From an uncultured Spirochaetales bacterium (GTDB taxonomy: Bacteria; Myxococcota_A; UBA9160; SMWR01), in assembly GCA_964413375.1 (NCBI GenBank), contig CAYPSI010000120.1, positions 4,607 to 68,606 of the forward strand: a DNA stretch of 64,000 nucleotides, in the 5' to 3' direction. Below, in pieces: positions 8,736-18,107 of the stretch. Under the pieces are notes generated by a model. The model made no database searches and was not told the DNA's origin. It saw only the letters and a program-made list of their open reading frames with translations. Position 1 is the first letter of the stretch. Every line of letters begins with the position of its first letter. A program made the position numbers and the translations under genes.

Positions 8736-9847
8736 GGCAGCGTCTGCACCTCGATGGAGAGCACTGCCGGAAGGTCACGCACGATGGCGTCCCAGCTGTC
8801 GCCGGCATCGGCCGAGGCGTACACCTGCCCGCCGGTGGTCCCGAAGTACACGCCGCAGGGCTCCAGCGAGTCGACGGCCGAGGCGTCGCGCAGCACGTTG
8901 ACGTAGCAGTCGCGTTGCGGGAGACCCTTCGTGAGCGGCTCCCACTCGTTCCCACCCGTCCGGCTGCGATACACGCGCAGCTTCCCCTCGGGTGGAAAGT
9001 GCTCCGAATCGCTCTTGATCGGAACCACGTAGAGGGTGTCCGGCTCGTGCGCGTGCACCTCGATCGGGAAGCCGAAATCGCTCGGCAGGTTGCCGCTGAC
9101 CTCGTGCCACGAATCGCCGCCGTCATCGCTGCGCATCACGTCCCAGTGTTTCTGCATGAAGAGCACCTTCGGCCGTGAGCGGTGCATCGTGATGCGGTGG
9201 ACGCAGTGGCCGACCTCGGCCGTGGGGTCGGGGATCTGCTCGGAGCGCAGTCCACGATTGATCGGTCGCCAGGTCTTGCCGGCGTCCTCACTGCGAAACG
9301 CCCCCGCCGCCGAGATCGCGATGAAGATGCGCATCGGATCGCTCGGATCGAGAAGGATGGTATGCAGGCACAGTCCGCCGGCGCCCGGTTGCCAGGAGGG
9401 CCCCGAGCCATGGCCGCGCACACCTGGGAGCTCCTGCCACGCTTTTCCGCCGTCGGTCGAACGGAACAGCGCCGCGTCCTCGACCCCGGCGTAGACCGTG
9501 TCCGGATCGGTGAGCGAGGGCTCGAGATGCCAGACGCGCGCGAACTCCCAGGGGTGCGGCGTGCCGTCGTACCACTGGTGCGTGCCCGGGACGCCCTCGT
9601 ACACGAACTCGTTGCCCACCGGCTCCCAGGTCCTGCCGCCGTCGTTCGAGCGCTGGATCAGCTGGCCGAACCAGCCGGTGGATTGCGAGGCATACAATCG
9701 CATCGGGTCGGCGGGGGATCCCTTGAGGTGATAGACCTCCCAGCCCGCGAAGTGCGGCCCATTCACGTCCCAGCGCTTGCGCCTGCCGTCGGACGTCAGA
9801 ACGAACGCGCCTTTGCGCGTACCCACCAGCATCCGCACGCCGCTCAT
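8732..9847 (-). CDS. BNR/Asp-box repeat (sialidase-like beta-propeller) protein
   Basis: Five Asp-boxes (SxDxGxxW): [48 protein letters not shown] 9847 ([15 protein letters not shown]) follows GGAAGGAG. The track start at 9907 adds 20 unlikely residues. Confidence 0.8.
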   Translation of the reverse strand: MSGVRMLVGTRKGAFVLTSDGRRKRWDVNGPHFAGWEVYHLKGSPADPMRLYASQSTGWFGQLIQRSNDGGRTWEPVGNEFVYEGVPGTHQWYDGTPHPWEFARVWHLEPSLTDPDTVYAGVEDAALFRSTDGGKAWQELPGVRGHGSGPSWQPGAGGLCLHTILLDPSDPMRIFIAISAAGAFRSEDAGKTWRPINRGLRSEQIPDPTAEVGHCVHRITMHRSRPKVLFMQKHWDVMRSDDGGDSWHEVSGNLPSDFGFPIEVHAHEPDTLYVVPIKSDSEHFPPEGKLRVYRSRTGGNEWEPLTKGLPQRDCYVNVLRDASAVDSLEPCGVYFGTTGGQVYASADAGDSWDAIVRDLPAVLSIEVQTLP

Positions 9848-10077
9848 CTGCGACTCCTTCCCGGGCTTGCAGGGCTCCACGCCCGGCGGTGGAGAACATG
9901 CCAGCAAAGGCGCGTCGGCACCCCCGTCGCGGGGGTCCCTGGAGACGGGGCGGCCTCAGGCCGTCGGCTACGCCGCCCAGCGCCCTGCATCGGCCCGCGT
10001 CGGCGCTACGCTCGACGAGCGATCCCCACCACGGGGGCGAAGCGTGGCGAAGATCTTCGATCTCGGGCTGCTCGGAG

Positions 10078-10677
10078 ATGCGTCGAGCCCCCAAGCAGGA
10101 GGAAGGCGTGTATCTCTTCTTCGACACCGAGACGACGGGCGTCCCGCGGAACTGGAAGGCGCCGGCGAGCGACCTCGCCAACTGGCCTCGCCTCGTCCAG
10201 ATCGCGTGGGTCGAGTGCGACGCGAGTGGAAAGGTCGTCGCACGAGAGCAGTTCATCGTGAAGCCGGAGGGATTCTCGATTCCGCCGGATGCCGCGCGCG
10301 TCCACGGCATCACGACCGACCGGGCCAGCCGGGAAGGCGTCGGCCTGAAGCAGGTACTCCTGGCCTTCTCCGCGGCGGCGAGCAAGAGCTCCCAGGCGAT
10401 CGCCCACAATCTCGACTTCGACGAGAAGGTGCTCGGAGCGGAGTTTTCTCGGGCGGGGCTGGGGGACCCCCTGCCCCGCCTGGAGCGCCTGTGCACGATG
10501 CGGGCGGCCACGGACCACTGCCAGCTTCCCGGGCGCTACGGCTACAAGTGGCCCACGCTCGAAGAGCTCTACCGCCATCTCTTCGACGAGGCGCTGCAAG
10601 GGGCCCATGACGCCGCCACCGATGCGGGGGCCTGTGCGCGCTGCTTCTTCGAGCTGCGCCGCCTCGAGGTCCTCTAG
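10078..10677 (+). CDS. DEDDh 3'-5' exonuclease (DnaQ/epsilon-like)
   Basis: Exo I is FFDTETTG, Exo II is AHNLDFDEKVL, Exo III is GAHDAATDA. ATG 10078 is in frame with track ORF 9889..10677. Confidence 0.8.
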   Translation: MRRAPKQEEGVYLFFDTETTGVPRNWKAPASDLANWPRLVQIAWVECDASGKVVAREQFIVKPEGFSIPPDAARVHGITTDRASREGVGLKQVLLAFSAAASKSSQAIAHNLDFDEKVLGAEFSRAGLGDPLPRLERLCTMRAATDHCQLPGRYGYKWPTLEELYRHLFDEALQGAHDAATDAGACARCFFELRRLEVL

Positions 10678-10752
10678 GGGATCGCGCCGCGCGACCCGGT
10701 ACACTGCTGCCCGACCGGCAGCTCGCTTGCGGTGCCGGGAGAGTCGGGAGCC

Positions 10753-11247
10753 ATGTACGCCAAACTCTTCGCGCGGGATCTCGCGATCGTGGCGACGATC
10801 GTGGCACTCTGGAGGCTCACTGCCCGCTTCTCCGTGGGGGACGGACCGATCGCCGACCTGAGCGGGCTGCTGCTGGGGGCGGCTCTCGGCGCGTGCGCGC
10901 TTCCGCTCCACGAGTGGGGCCACTTTCTCGGCGGCCTGGCGAGTGGAAGCGCGATGCGCCCGACCGAGAGCCTGCGCAAGCTGTTCTCCTTCAGCTTCGA
11001 CTCGCGCAGCAACTCGCAACGCCAGTTCCTCGCGATGTCCTTCGCTGGATGGGCGGGGACGGCAGCGGCCGTCTGGGTCGCCTACGGGCTGCTGCCGTCG
11101 GATCTACTGGCAACTCGCGTGGCGCGCGGGATGACGCTCTTGTCCGTCCTCCTCGTCGTGGTCACCGAGGTGCCGCTGCTGGTGCGCGCGTTTTGGACGG
11201 GAAGGATTCCGCCGGTGGAGACGGTCAAGCCCCACCCTACGGCCTAG
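10753..11247 (+). CDS. small polytopic membrane protein with HExxH motif (DUF3267-like putative zincin)
   Basis: ATG 10753 follows GGGAG. It has about 4 hydrophobic segments and LHEWGHFLGG (HExxH) after TM2. The family assignment comes from motif plus architecture only. Confidence 0.55.
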   Translation: MYAKLFARDLAIVATIVALWRLTARFSVGDGPIADLSGLLLGAALGACALPLHEWGHFLGGLASGSAMRPTESLRKLFSFSFDSRSNSQRQFLAMSFAGWAGTAAAVWVAYGLLPSDLLATRVARGMTLLSVLLVVVTEVPLLVRAFWTGRIPPVETVKPHPTA

Positions 11248-11284
11248 CGCGCTTTCGAGCGCACGCGGGTGTACACTGGGCTCC

Positions 11285-11890
11285 GTGCGCGAGTTCCTCC
11301 CGGGCATCCTCGTCTGGCCCCGGCTCTCCGAGCGCCACGGCTACGACTTCAATGGAACCCTGGTCCTCCACGAAGGCGGAAACCTCTGCATCGACCCGGT
11401 CGAGCCGCCGGACGAGGTCCTCGAAGGGCTGGCCAAGGAGGGCGTCGCGCGCATCCTGCTCACCAACCGCAACCACACGCGTGCGGCGAACCGCGTTCGC
11501 GAACGCACGGGCGCGGCGACCTCGATCCACCCGGCCGATGCCGAGTACGCGCGCGGTCAAGGAGTGATCCTCGACGCGGAGCTCGCGATTGGTGAGCAGA
11601 TCGGTCCCTTCCGGGTGGTGGCCGTCCCTGGGAAGTCGCCCGGCGAGATCGCGCTCCACGATGCTCGGCGGCGCCTGCTCGTGGTGGGAGACGCACTGAT
11701 CGGAAATCCGCCGGGGAAGCTCTCGCTGCTCAGCGAGCGCGTGATGGACGACCCCGCACGGCTGCGCGCGAGCGTGCGTAGTCTCCTCGAGCTCGACTTC
11801 GACGCAATCCTCGTGGGCGACGGCGCGCCGATCGCCAGCGGAGCCCGCGAGCGCCTGGCGGAGCTCGTGACGAGCTTCCCCGCCGGCTGA
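11285..11890 (+). CDS. MBL-fold metallo-hydrolase
   Basis: Track ORF (GTG start). ILLTNRNHTRAA, VVAVPGKSPGEIAL and LLVVGDALIG fit the beta-lactamase-fold pattern, but the first metal motif is atypical. Confidence 0.6.
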   Translation: MREFLPGILVWPRLSERHGYDFNGTLVLHEGGNLCIDPVEPPDEVLEGLAKEGVARILLTNRNHTRAANRVRERTGAATSIHPADAEYARGQGVILDAELAIGEQIGPFRVVAVPGKSPGEIALHDARRRLLVVGDALIGNPPGKLSLLSERVMDDPARLRASVRSLLELDFDAILVGDGAPIASGARERLAELVTSFPAG

Positions 11891-11892
11891 GC

Positions 11893-12166
11893 GTGTACCG
11901 CTTCGCGCCGAAGCTCGCTGCACTGCTGCTGCTGGCCGGCGCGGCCGCATGCACGAGTCTCGTCGCCCCTCGTCCTCGTGGTACGACTCGGGAGAGCGCG
12001 CCAGGCGAACTCCTGCGGCTCGCTCCGAAACGTGGCCTACGAGCTGCGCCAGGCCGGAGTCAGCGTGGCCGTGATCAAGGGCAGGGGCTGGGTCGGCTCG
12101 TGCAGCCCGAGCCTCCTGCGCGACATGAATGCCGTCCTCGCCCATCTCTTCGACTCCAGGATGTAA
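11893..12166 (+). pseudogene. small membrane/lipoprotein-like gene apparently frameshifted at a C4 run (or a sequencing error)
   Basis: Frame 1 from GTG 11893 gives VYRFAPKLAALLLLAGAAACTSLVA with high GC3, then decays. From about 11966 the high-GC3 frame shifts to the one ending at TAA 12166 (...NVAYELRQAGVSVAVIKGRGWVGSCSPSLLRDMNAVLAHLFDSRM). The switch coincides with CCCC at 11966-11969. Removing one C restores a roughly 90-aa ORF. Confidence 0.35.
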
Positions 12167-12190
12167 CGCGGCACGAGGTCCGACCCGACG

Positions 12191-13243
12191 ATGCACGCCT
12201 ACCAGCTCCTCGACTGGCAGAAGGCGGGCTTCCGCGAGGTCGCGGTGCCCGAGCCGGGTCCCGGTCAGGTGCGGGTGCGCATCGGCGGCGCCGGGCTCTG
12301 CCACAGCGATCTGCTCTTCCTCGACGCGCCGCCCGGGCGCTGGCCCTTTGCGCTGCCGATGACCCTCGGCCACGAGAACGCGGGCTGGGTCGACCGGATC
12401 GGACCGGGCGTCGAGGGCTTCGCCGAAGGCGACGCGGTGCTGCTCGAGACACACTGGTGGTGCCGTCGCTGCGAGTTCTGCCGCAGGGGCGCCGACAACT
12501 ACTGCACCCGCGGCTGGGGGCGCGCCCACGGCGTGGGCGCGCCGGGCGGCCTCGCGCCCTATCTGGTGACCGAGGTCCAGCAGCTCGTACCCCTCGGCGA
12601 TCTCGAGCCGATCGATGTGGCCCCGCTGGCAGATGCCGGTCGCACCTCGTACCACGCGGTCAAGAAGAGCTTGCCGAAGCTCATCCCCGGCTCGACGGCA
12701 CTCGTGATCGGTGCCGGGGGCCTCGGCGGCTACGCCATCCAGTGGCTGCGCCTGCTCTCCCCCGCCCGCATCGTGGCCATCGACCTCGACGCGAAGCACC
12801 TCGAAGCGGCTCGAGAGCTCGGAGCGGAGGAGACGCTGATCTCGGATGGGGATGCCGCGGACGCATTCCGCGAGCTCAGCGGCGGGCGCGGCGCCGAGGT
12901 GGTCTTCGACTTCGTCGGCGTCGATGCGACGATGGAGCTCGCGCTGCGCAGCGCGCGGATCCTGGGCTCCGTGGCCTTCGTCGGCGCGGGCGGCGGGAGC
13001 GCGCGCATCGGCTGGGAAAGTCTCCCGCGCGACTGCGAGCTCTGGTCTCCGCAGGGGGGGACCCACCCCGAGCTGCACGAGGTCGTGAAGCTCTGCCAGC
13101 GCTTCCCGGTCCGGCATCGGGTCGAGCGCTTCGCCTTCGACGAAACTCCGCTCGCGTACGAGCGGCTGCGCGCCGGCGATCTCGCCGGACGAGCGGTCGT
13201 CCTTCCCTCGCAGTCGCAACGCGAGTCCAGACGGACTCGCTGA
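12191..13243 (+). CDS. zinc-dependent alcohol dehydrogenase (MDR family)
   Basis: GLCHSDLLF, LGHENAGWV, a CRRCEFCRRGADNYC structural-zinc cysteine cluster, and a GAGGLGGYA Rossmann motif. Confidence 0.85.
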   Translation: MHAYQLLDWQKAGFREVAVPEPGPGQVRVRIGGAGLCHSDLLFLDAPPGRWPFALPMTLGHENAGWVDRIGPGVEGFAEGDAVLLETHWWCRRCEFCRRGADNYCTRGWGRAHGVGAPGGLAPYLVTEVQQLVPLGDLEPIDVAPLADAGRTSYHAVKKSLPKLIPGSTALVIGAGGLGGYAIQWLRLLSPARIVAIDLDAKHLEAARELGAEETLISDGDAADAFRELSGGRGAEVVFDFVGVDATMELALRSARILGSVAFVGAGGGSARIGWESLPRDCELWSPQGGTHPELHEVVKLCQRFPVRHRVERFAFDETPLAYERLRAGDLAGRAVVLPSQSQRESRRTR

Positions 13244-13253
13244 GGAGCCACTC

Positions 13254-14561
13254 ATGGACGAGCCCCTGCCCTTCCTGATCAACGACGCCGACAACCACTT
13301 CGTCGAGCCGCTCGACGTGTACGAGCGCTACATCGAGCCCCGCTGGCGTGACAAGGCGGTTCGCTGGGTGAAGGACCCCAAGGGCGAGCTCGTCCAGCTC
13401 TTCGCCGGACGCCCGTCGAAGACGCGCCTCTCCCGCGACTCGGCGCCCGAGAACGAGGCGGAGCTCGAGAAGCTCGCAGCGCGCATCTCGCCGACTCCGG
13501 GCAGCGACGCGCTCGCCCCGGGCGACGGTGGAGCGCGGGCGCCGGGCATGTTCCTGCACCGCCTCAACCCCTACAAGGGCAGGCCTCCCGCCGAGCAGAA
13601 GGCGCTGCTCGCGAAGTTCATGCAGCAGCGGGAGGCCTGGGGCAGCCGCGAGGGTCGCCTCGAGCTGATGGACGAACAAGGCATCCACGCGGCGCTGATG
13701 TTCCCGGGCCTGCTGCTGGCACTCGAGTTCGAGTTCCAGGACGACGTCGACGCGCTGCACGCGAACGCGCAGGCCTTCAACCGCTGGATCTACGACGAGG
13801 TGGGTTACGCGCACCAGCAGCGCCTCTTCCTGCCGCCCTACATCCCGCTGGCCGACGTCGACCTCGCGGTGCGCGAGCTCGAACGCGTGATCCGCGAGGG
13901 CGCTCCGCTGGTACAGATCGTCACGGGACACGCACACGGCGGCCGCGACAATCCGCGCGGGGGCCGCTCGCTCGCCGATCCGCTCTTCGACCCCTTCTGG
14001 GCGCGCATCGACGAGGCCGGGGTCCGCGTGACGACGCACCTCGGCCCCACCGACTACGCCAAGTACGGCGCCGATTGGAGCGAGGACCCGGAAGCGGTGC
14101 TGCGCGACTACGACGCGCTGCAGTGGGTGCTCTACTGGGGCGACCGCCCGGCGATGGAGACGGTCGCCGGCATGATCCTGCACGGCCTCTTCAGCCGCTT
14201 CCCCCGGATCCGCGTGTGCATCGCGGAGCAGGGCACCGTGTGGCTTCCCTACCTGCTGCGCAAGATGGACCACGCCTTCCTGATGGGGCGCAAGGCGCGC
14301 TTCGGCAGGCTCGACCGCCGCCCGAGCCAGATCTTCCGCGAGCACTTCATCGTGGCGCCCTTCCCCGAGGAGAACGTGAAGCGCGTGGTGGCCGAGGTCG
14401 GCGTCGAGTCGATCGTCTTCGGCTCGGACTTCCCGCACGGCGAGGGACTGGCCTTCCCGAGCCAGTACGTGGCAGCGCAGCTCCAGGGCATGCCGGACGC
14501 CGAAGTGAAGGCGATCATGCGCGACAACCTGGCGCGCTTCCTCGATCTGCCGGCGCCCTGA
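13254..14561 (+). CDS. amidohydrolase family protein (PF04909 / ACMSD-like), paralog 1
   Basis: N-terminal INDADNHFVEP (metal-binding HxH-type start) and C-terminal VFGSDFPHGEG, typical of Amidohydrolase_2. Confidence 0.8.
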   Translation: MDEPLPFLINDADNHFVEPLDVYERYIEPRWRDKAVRWVKDPKGELVQLFAGRPSKTRLSRDSAPENEAELEKLAARISPTPGSDALAPGDGGARAPGMFLHRLNPYKGRPPAEQKALLAKFMQQREAWGSREGRLELMDEQGIHAALMFPGLLLALEFEFQDDVDALHANAQAFNRWIYDEVGYAHQQRLFLPPYIPLADVDLAVRELERVIREGAPLVQIVTGHAHGGRDNPRGGRSLADPLFDPFWARIDEAGVRVTTHLGPTDYAKYGADWSEDPEAVLRDYDALQWVLYWGDRPAMETVAGMILHGLFSRFPRIRVCIAEQGTVWLPYLLRKMDHAFLMGRKARFGRLDRRPSQIFREHFIVAPFPEENVKRVVAEVGVESIVFGSDFPHGEGLAFPSQYVAAQLQGMPDAEVKAIMRDNLARFLDLPAP

Positions 14562-14598
14562 CGCGGGGTGCCCGAGCCTCGAAAGGATGCCACGAGCT

Positions 14599-16281
14599 TC
14601 AGCGTCCGGTCCGCGCAGGAGCGTTCGTCAAGATCGTCCCGGGCAGGCGGTCGAGGCGCTCGACGATCGGAACGCCGTCGGAGCGGATCGGAACGCCGGC
14701 GACCAGCACGTGGTCGATCCCGACCGGCGCATCTGCCACGAGGCGCTCGCCGTCGGCCGGCATGTCGCGCACGCGTCGGATCGGACCCGGCGACAGCCGC
14801 TCGTAGTCGAGCACCACGAGGTCTGCGGGAGCCCCGACCTGCAGCAGGCCCCGGTGGAGCTCCATCACCTCGGCAATCTCCCCACTGAGCTTGCGGATGC
14901 CCCGCTCGAGGGTCATCACCTCCCGGTCGCGGACCCAGTGCGCCAGGAAGTCCGTCGGCAGGATTGCGTCGCAGATCTGGGCGACGTGCGCCCCGGCGTC
15001 CGAGAGGCCGAGAATGCAGCCGTCCGCCTGGAGCAGCCGCGTCACGCCTTCGACGTCATCGTTCGCGAAGGTCACGCAAAGGCGCGTGCAAAGCCCGTCG
15101 TCGATCGAGAGCTCGCAGATCGCATCGAAGGGGGAGCTTCCGCGCGCGGCGGCGATGCTCCCGATGCTGCGCCCGACGAGCTCCGGGTGCGCGGGCGATT
15201 CCAGCACCCGCATCCCGTCCCAGCGGCTGTTGAGCAGGCCATTCTCGTCGAGATTCGCCTGCACCCGGGCGCGCCAGCCGAGGTCGGCATAGAGACCCGC
15301 GCGCTTCTCGTGCGGCAGCGCGACCAGCTCGGAGAAGGCCGGCATCACGTAGAACGCGGTGGGCTCGCGCATCAGCAGCTCCTGCTCGATCGGGCGGCAG
15401 GTCACCTGCACCCAGACCCTTGCGCCGGCGCGCCGCCGGGCTTCGTGATCCGCGAGCTTCTGCTGGTAGGGCGCCCGCTTCACCTCGGGCGGATAGGTCA
15501 GGATCGCAGACCAGTGGAGCGGTCGACCGATGCGCCGCTGGAGCGCGTAGACCCAGGCGTAGTCCTCGCCGGGCGCCACGTGCACGACCCCGTGGCCGAG
15601 CTCGCCGACGACCTCCATCAACGCCTCGGTCTCCTGCTGCGTCGCCGCCATCGAAGGGACCGGCCGGCCGCCGTCCCCCAGGTGGAAGCCCGCGCGATCG
15701 GTCGAGAAGCCGAGCGCTCCGCCGCGAAGCGACTCGGCCACCAGCTGCTTCATCTGCGCGATCTCGCGCTCGCTCGCAGGACGCTCGTAGGCCTCGTCGC
15801 CCAGCGCGTAGAGGCGGACCGCGCTATGACCGACGTAGCCGCCGAAATGGATCGCGCATCCCCGGCGGCGGACCGCGTCGAGGTACTCGGGGTAGGACTC
15901 GAAGTCCCACGCCACGCCCGCCTCGAGGGTCGCGAGCCGCATGTCCTCGACCTTGTCGAGCGTGCGCAAGAGCGACGCCCGCCCTTCGGGCCGGGTCGGC
16001 GCCAGGCTATAGCCGCAGTTGCCGGCCACCACCGAGGTGACCCCGTGCCAGGAGGAGGGCGTCAGCGCCGGGTCCCAGAGCACCTGAGGGTCGTAGTGGG
16101 TGTGGATGTCGATGAAGCCCGGCACGACCAGCCGGCCCGACGCGTCGATCTCTCTCGCGCCGCTGACGCGTGCGCCGATCTCGGCAACGCGCCCCCCCGC
16201 GATTCCGACGTCGGCGCGGCGCGCCGGCGCTCCGGTCCCGTCGATGAGCGTTCCGCCCCGGACCGCGATCTCGTGCGCCAC
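14599..16281 (-). CDS. N-acyl-D-amino-acid deacylase (D-aminoacylase) family amidohydrolase
   Basis: IAVRGGTLIDGTG...VVPGFIDIHTHYD...HGVTSVVAGNCG. The GTG at 16281 follows GGGGAGGG and leaves a 22-nt gap to the upstream gene. The track start at 16356 would overlap that gene. Confidence 0.8.
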   Translation of the reverse strand: MAHEIAVRGGTLIDGTGAPARRADVGIAGGRVAEIGARVSGAREIDASGRLVVPGFIDIHTHYDPQVLWDPALTPSSWHGVTSVVAGNCGYSLAPTRPEGRASLLRTLDKVEDMRLATLEAGVAWDFESYPEYLDAVRRRGCAIHFGGYVGHSAVRLYALGDEAYERPASEREIAQMKQLVAESLRGGALGFSTDRAGFHLGDGGRPVPSMAATQQETEALMEVVGELGHGVVHVAPGEDYAWVYALQRRIGRPLHWSAILTYPPEVKRAPYQQKLADHEARRRAGARVWVQVTCRPIEQELLMREPTAFYVMPAFSELVALPHEKRAGLYADLGWRARVQANLDENGLLNSRWDGMRVLESPAHPELVGRSIGSIAAARGSSPFDAICELSIDDGLCTRLCVTFANDDVEGVTRLLQADGCILGLSDAGAHVAQICDAILPTDFLAHWVRDREVMTLERGIRKLSGEIAEVMELHRGLLQVGAPADLVVLDYERLSPGPIRRVRDMPADGERLVADAPVGIDHVLVAGVPIRSDGVPIVERLDRLPGTILTNAPARTGR

Positions 16282-16303
16282 GCTGCCCTCCCCGGCGCGC
16301 CCT

Positions 16304-17488
16304 TCAGCGTCCGGCCGGTAGCTCGAAGCCGTACAGGCGCGCAGCGTTGCCAGCAACGATCGCGCGCGCCTCTTCGGCCGGAACCCCCGCGAGGAAGCCC
16401 GCCGCGATCTGCTGGCTGCGCGGGAAGGTCGACTCGGTGTGCGGGTAGTCGCTCCCCCAGGTGATCGCGTCCACGCCGATCAGGTCGCGCAGGCGCACTC
16501 CGGTAGCGTCCTCCTGGAAGCTCGCGAAGCAGTTCCGGCGCCAGAACTCGGAGGGCAATACGCCGCGCTCCTTGAAGCGGTACCAGTTGCCACGCGCCGG
16601 ACGGTCCGTGTAGGTGTAGTCCATCTGCTCCAGGAAGAAGGGAATCCAGCCGAGCTCGTGCTCGACCGAGCCCACCCGCAGCCGCGGAAAGCGCTCGAAG
16701 ACCCCTTCGAGGATCAGGTCCGCGAGCGCCTGGCGAACCTGATAGTCCTTGTTGATGAAGACGGAGGGAGGCACCCGCTTCACGTCGAGGTGGAAGGCCG
16801 CGTCGCCCCCGCGCGGATCGCCTCGATCGGTGGCCACGTGCAGGCTGATCGGGAGTCCCTGGTCCTGTGCCGCGGCCCAGAAGGGCTCGTAGACGTCCGA
16901 GTGGAAGGGGGCCCAGGGGGGAGGTTTCACGGTGATCAGCACCCCCGCGAGCCCCGCCCGACGCACCCGCTCGAGCTCGGCGATCGCGGCGTCGATCTCG
17001 TCGACATTCACCATCGCGATCCCCTTCAGGCGCGACGGATCCTGCGCGCAGAAGTCCACGATCCAGTCGTTGTAGGCGCGCATCGCGGCGCTCACCACCT
17101 CGGTGTTGGGGACCGAGAAGATCACCAGCCCCTCGCTCGGGTAGAGGACGGAGCCCCAGACCCCGTCCTGCTCGTTCTCGGCGAGATAGCGCTGCGGATC
17201 GTAGGCGGCAGCACGGACGTCCTCGAAGCGCGCCGAGGTCACGAGCCTGGCGGGGTCCTTCGCGAAGCGGGCGCCGGTCTGGATCCCGACGAAGGACATC
17301 GTCTTGCGGCCGTCGACGACCCACCAGTCGCCGTCGTGCTGCGAGACCACGCGCGGCGCACGCTCGACGAGCGCGCGGGGAACGCGGGCCGTCCACAGGT
17401 CCGGCGGCTCGACGATGTGCGAATCCGAAGAGATCATCCAGCCGCCGGCGGGCGGCTTCGCTTCCTGGGAGCTCCGGGAGGGCGCCAT
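16304..17488 (-). CDS. amidohydrolase family protein (PF04909), paralog 2
   Basis: MISSDSHIVEPPDLW and ITWGSDYPHTEST. An alternative start is ATG 17437. Confidence 0.8.
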   Translation of the reverse strand: MAPSRSSQEAKPPAGGWMISSDSHIVEPPDLWTARVPRALVERAPRVVSQHDGDWWVVDGRKTMSFVGIQTGARFAKDPARLVTSARFEDVRAAAYDPQRYLAENEQDGVWGSVLYPSEGLVIFSVPNTEVVSAAMRAYNDWIVDFCAQDPSRLKGIAMVNVDEIDAAIAELERVRRAGLAGVLITVKPPPWAPFHSDVYEPFWAAAQDQGLPISLHVATDRGDPRGGDAAFHLDVKRVPPSVFINKDYQVRQALADLILEGVFERFPRLRVGSVEHELGWIPFFLEQMDYTYTDRPARGNWYRFKERGVLPSEFWRRNCFASFQEDATGVRLRDLIGVDAITWGSDYPHTESTFPRSQQIAAGFLAGVPAEEARAIVAGNAARLYGFELPAGR

Positions 17489-17517
17489 CAGCTTGCCAAC
17501 CTTTCTGCGCTCCGGCG

Positions 17518-18105
17518 TCAGCGCCCGGTTTCGGGCAGCTTCGGAAGCTCGGCCTCGACCGGGACGCCCAGCGACTCGGCGACCATCGAGAGCATCGTGT
17601 ACTGCCCCACGATGAAGGGGATCTCGATCCGCTGGGCCTCGTCGAAGCCGGGCGCGAGTGCGGCCCAGGTCGCATCCGAGATGCGCTGGTTCGCGTGGAG
17701 CTCGTCAGCCGCGGCCAGGAGCATCCGCTCGCTCTGCGTCCAGTCCGCTGCAATCTTCCGCTGCGCCACGCGGGCGACCTCGTCTTCGCTGATGCCCGCC
17801 GCGCGGGCGTAGTGGACGTGGTGCCCCCACTCGAAGGCCGAACGACAGTTCCAGGCCGCCCGCAGCGCGAGCAGCTCGGAGTGGCGACGCGAGAGCACAC
17901 CCCGGGTCGCGAGCGTAGCGCTGAACTCGAGGAAGGGGCCGAGCAGGGTCGGGTGCCGCGCGATCACGGTCAGGATCGGGAGCGGCCGGGCTGGAGCGCG
18001 CCCTTCGAGCCCCGCCACGCGGCGGACGGTCGACTCGAGGCGCTCGCGCGTCTCGGGGCTCCACTCCTCCGGCGGGAGCGGCTCGATGCGAAGCGGGGCC
18101 CGCAC
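17518..18105 (-). CDS. carboxymuconolactone decarboxylase (AhpD-like) family protein
   Basis: C-terminal part of track ORF 17518..18627. It contains ELLALRAAWNCRSAFEWGHHV. The GTG at 18105 lies 2 nt after the stop of the upstream amidohydrolase (18108), which suggests translational coupling. Confidence 0.7.
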   Translation of the reverse strand: MRAPLRIEPLPPEEWSPETRERLESTVRRVAGLEGRAPARPLPILTVIARHPTLLGPFLEFSATLATRGVLSRRHSELLALRAAWNCRSAFEWGHHVHYARAAGISEDEVARVAQRKIAADWTQSERMLLAAADELHANQRISDATWAALAPGFDEAQRIEIPFIVGQYTMLSMVAESLGVPVEAELPKLPETGR

Positions 18106-18107
18106 GC

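Noticed and set aside
11237-13294. 685-aa minus-strand ORF
   Set aside because: It is Arg/Ala/Gly-rich with no motifs. It lies antisense to a clear Zn-ADH (12191..13243) and an MBL hydrolase. This is a typical high-GC shadow ORF.
16062-17900. 612-aa minus-strand ORF, and the 457-aa plus ORF 16439..17812
   Set aside because: Both are out-of-frame or antisense shadows of the PF04909 amidohydrolase (16304..17488) and the CMD gene. Their composition is dominated by R/A/G/P and they have no family motifs.
17518-18105. Second selenoprotein candidate in the AhpD/CMD-family gene (a family that has Sec-containing members)
   Set aside because: The frame is continuous with no in-frame TGA. The redox region reads NCRSAFEWGHH with an ordinary Cys codon.
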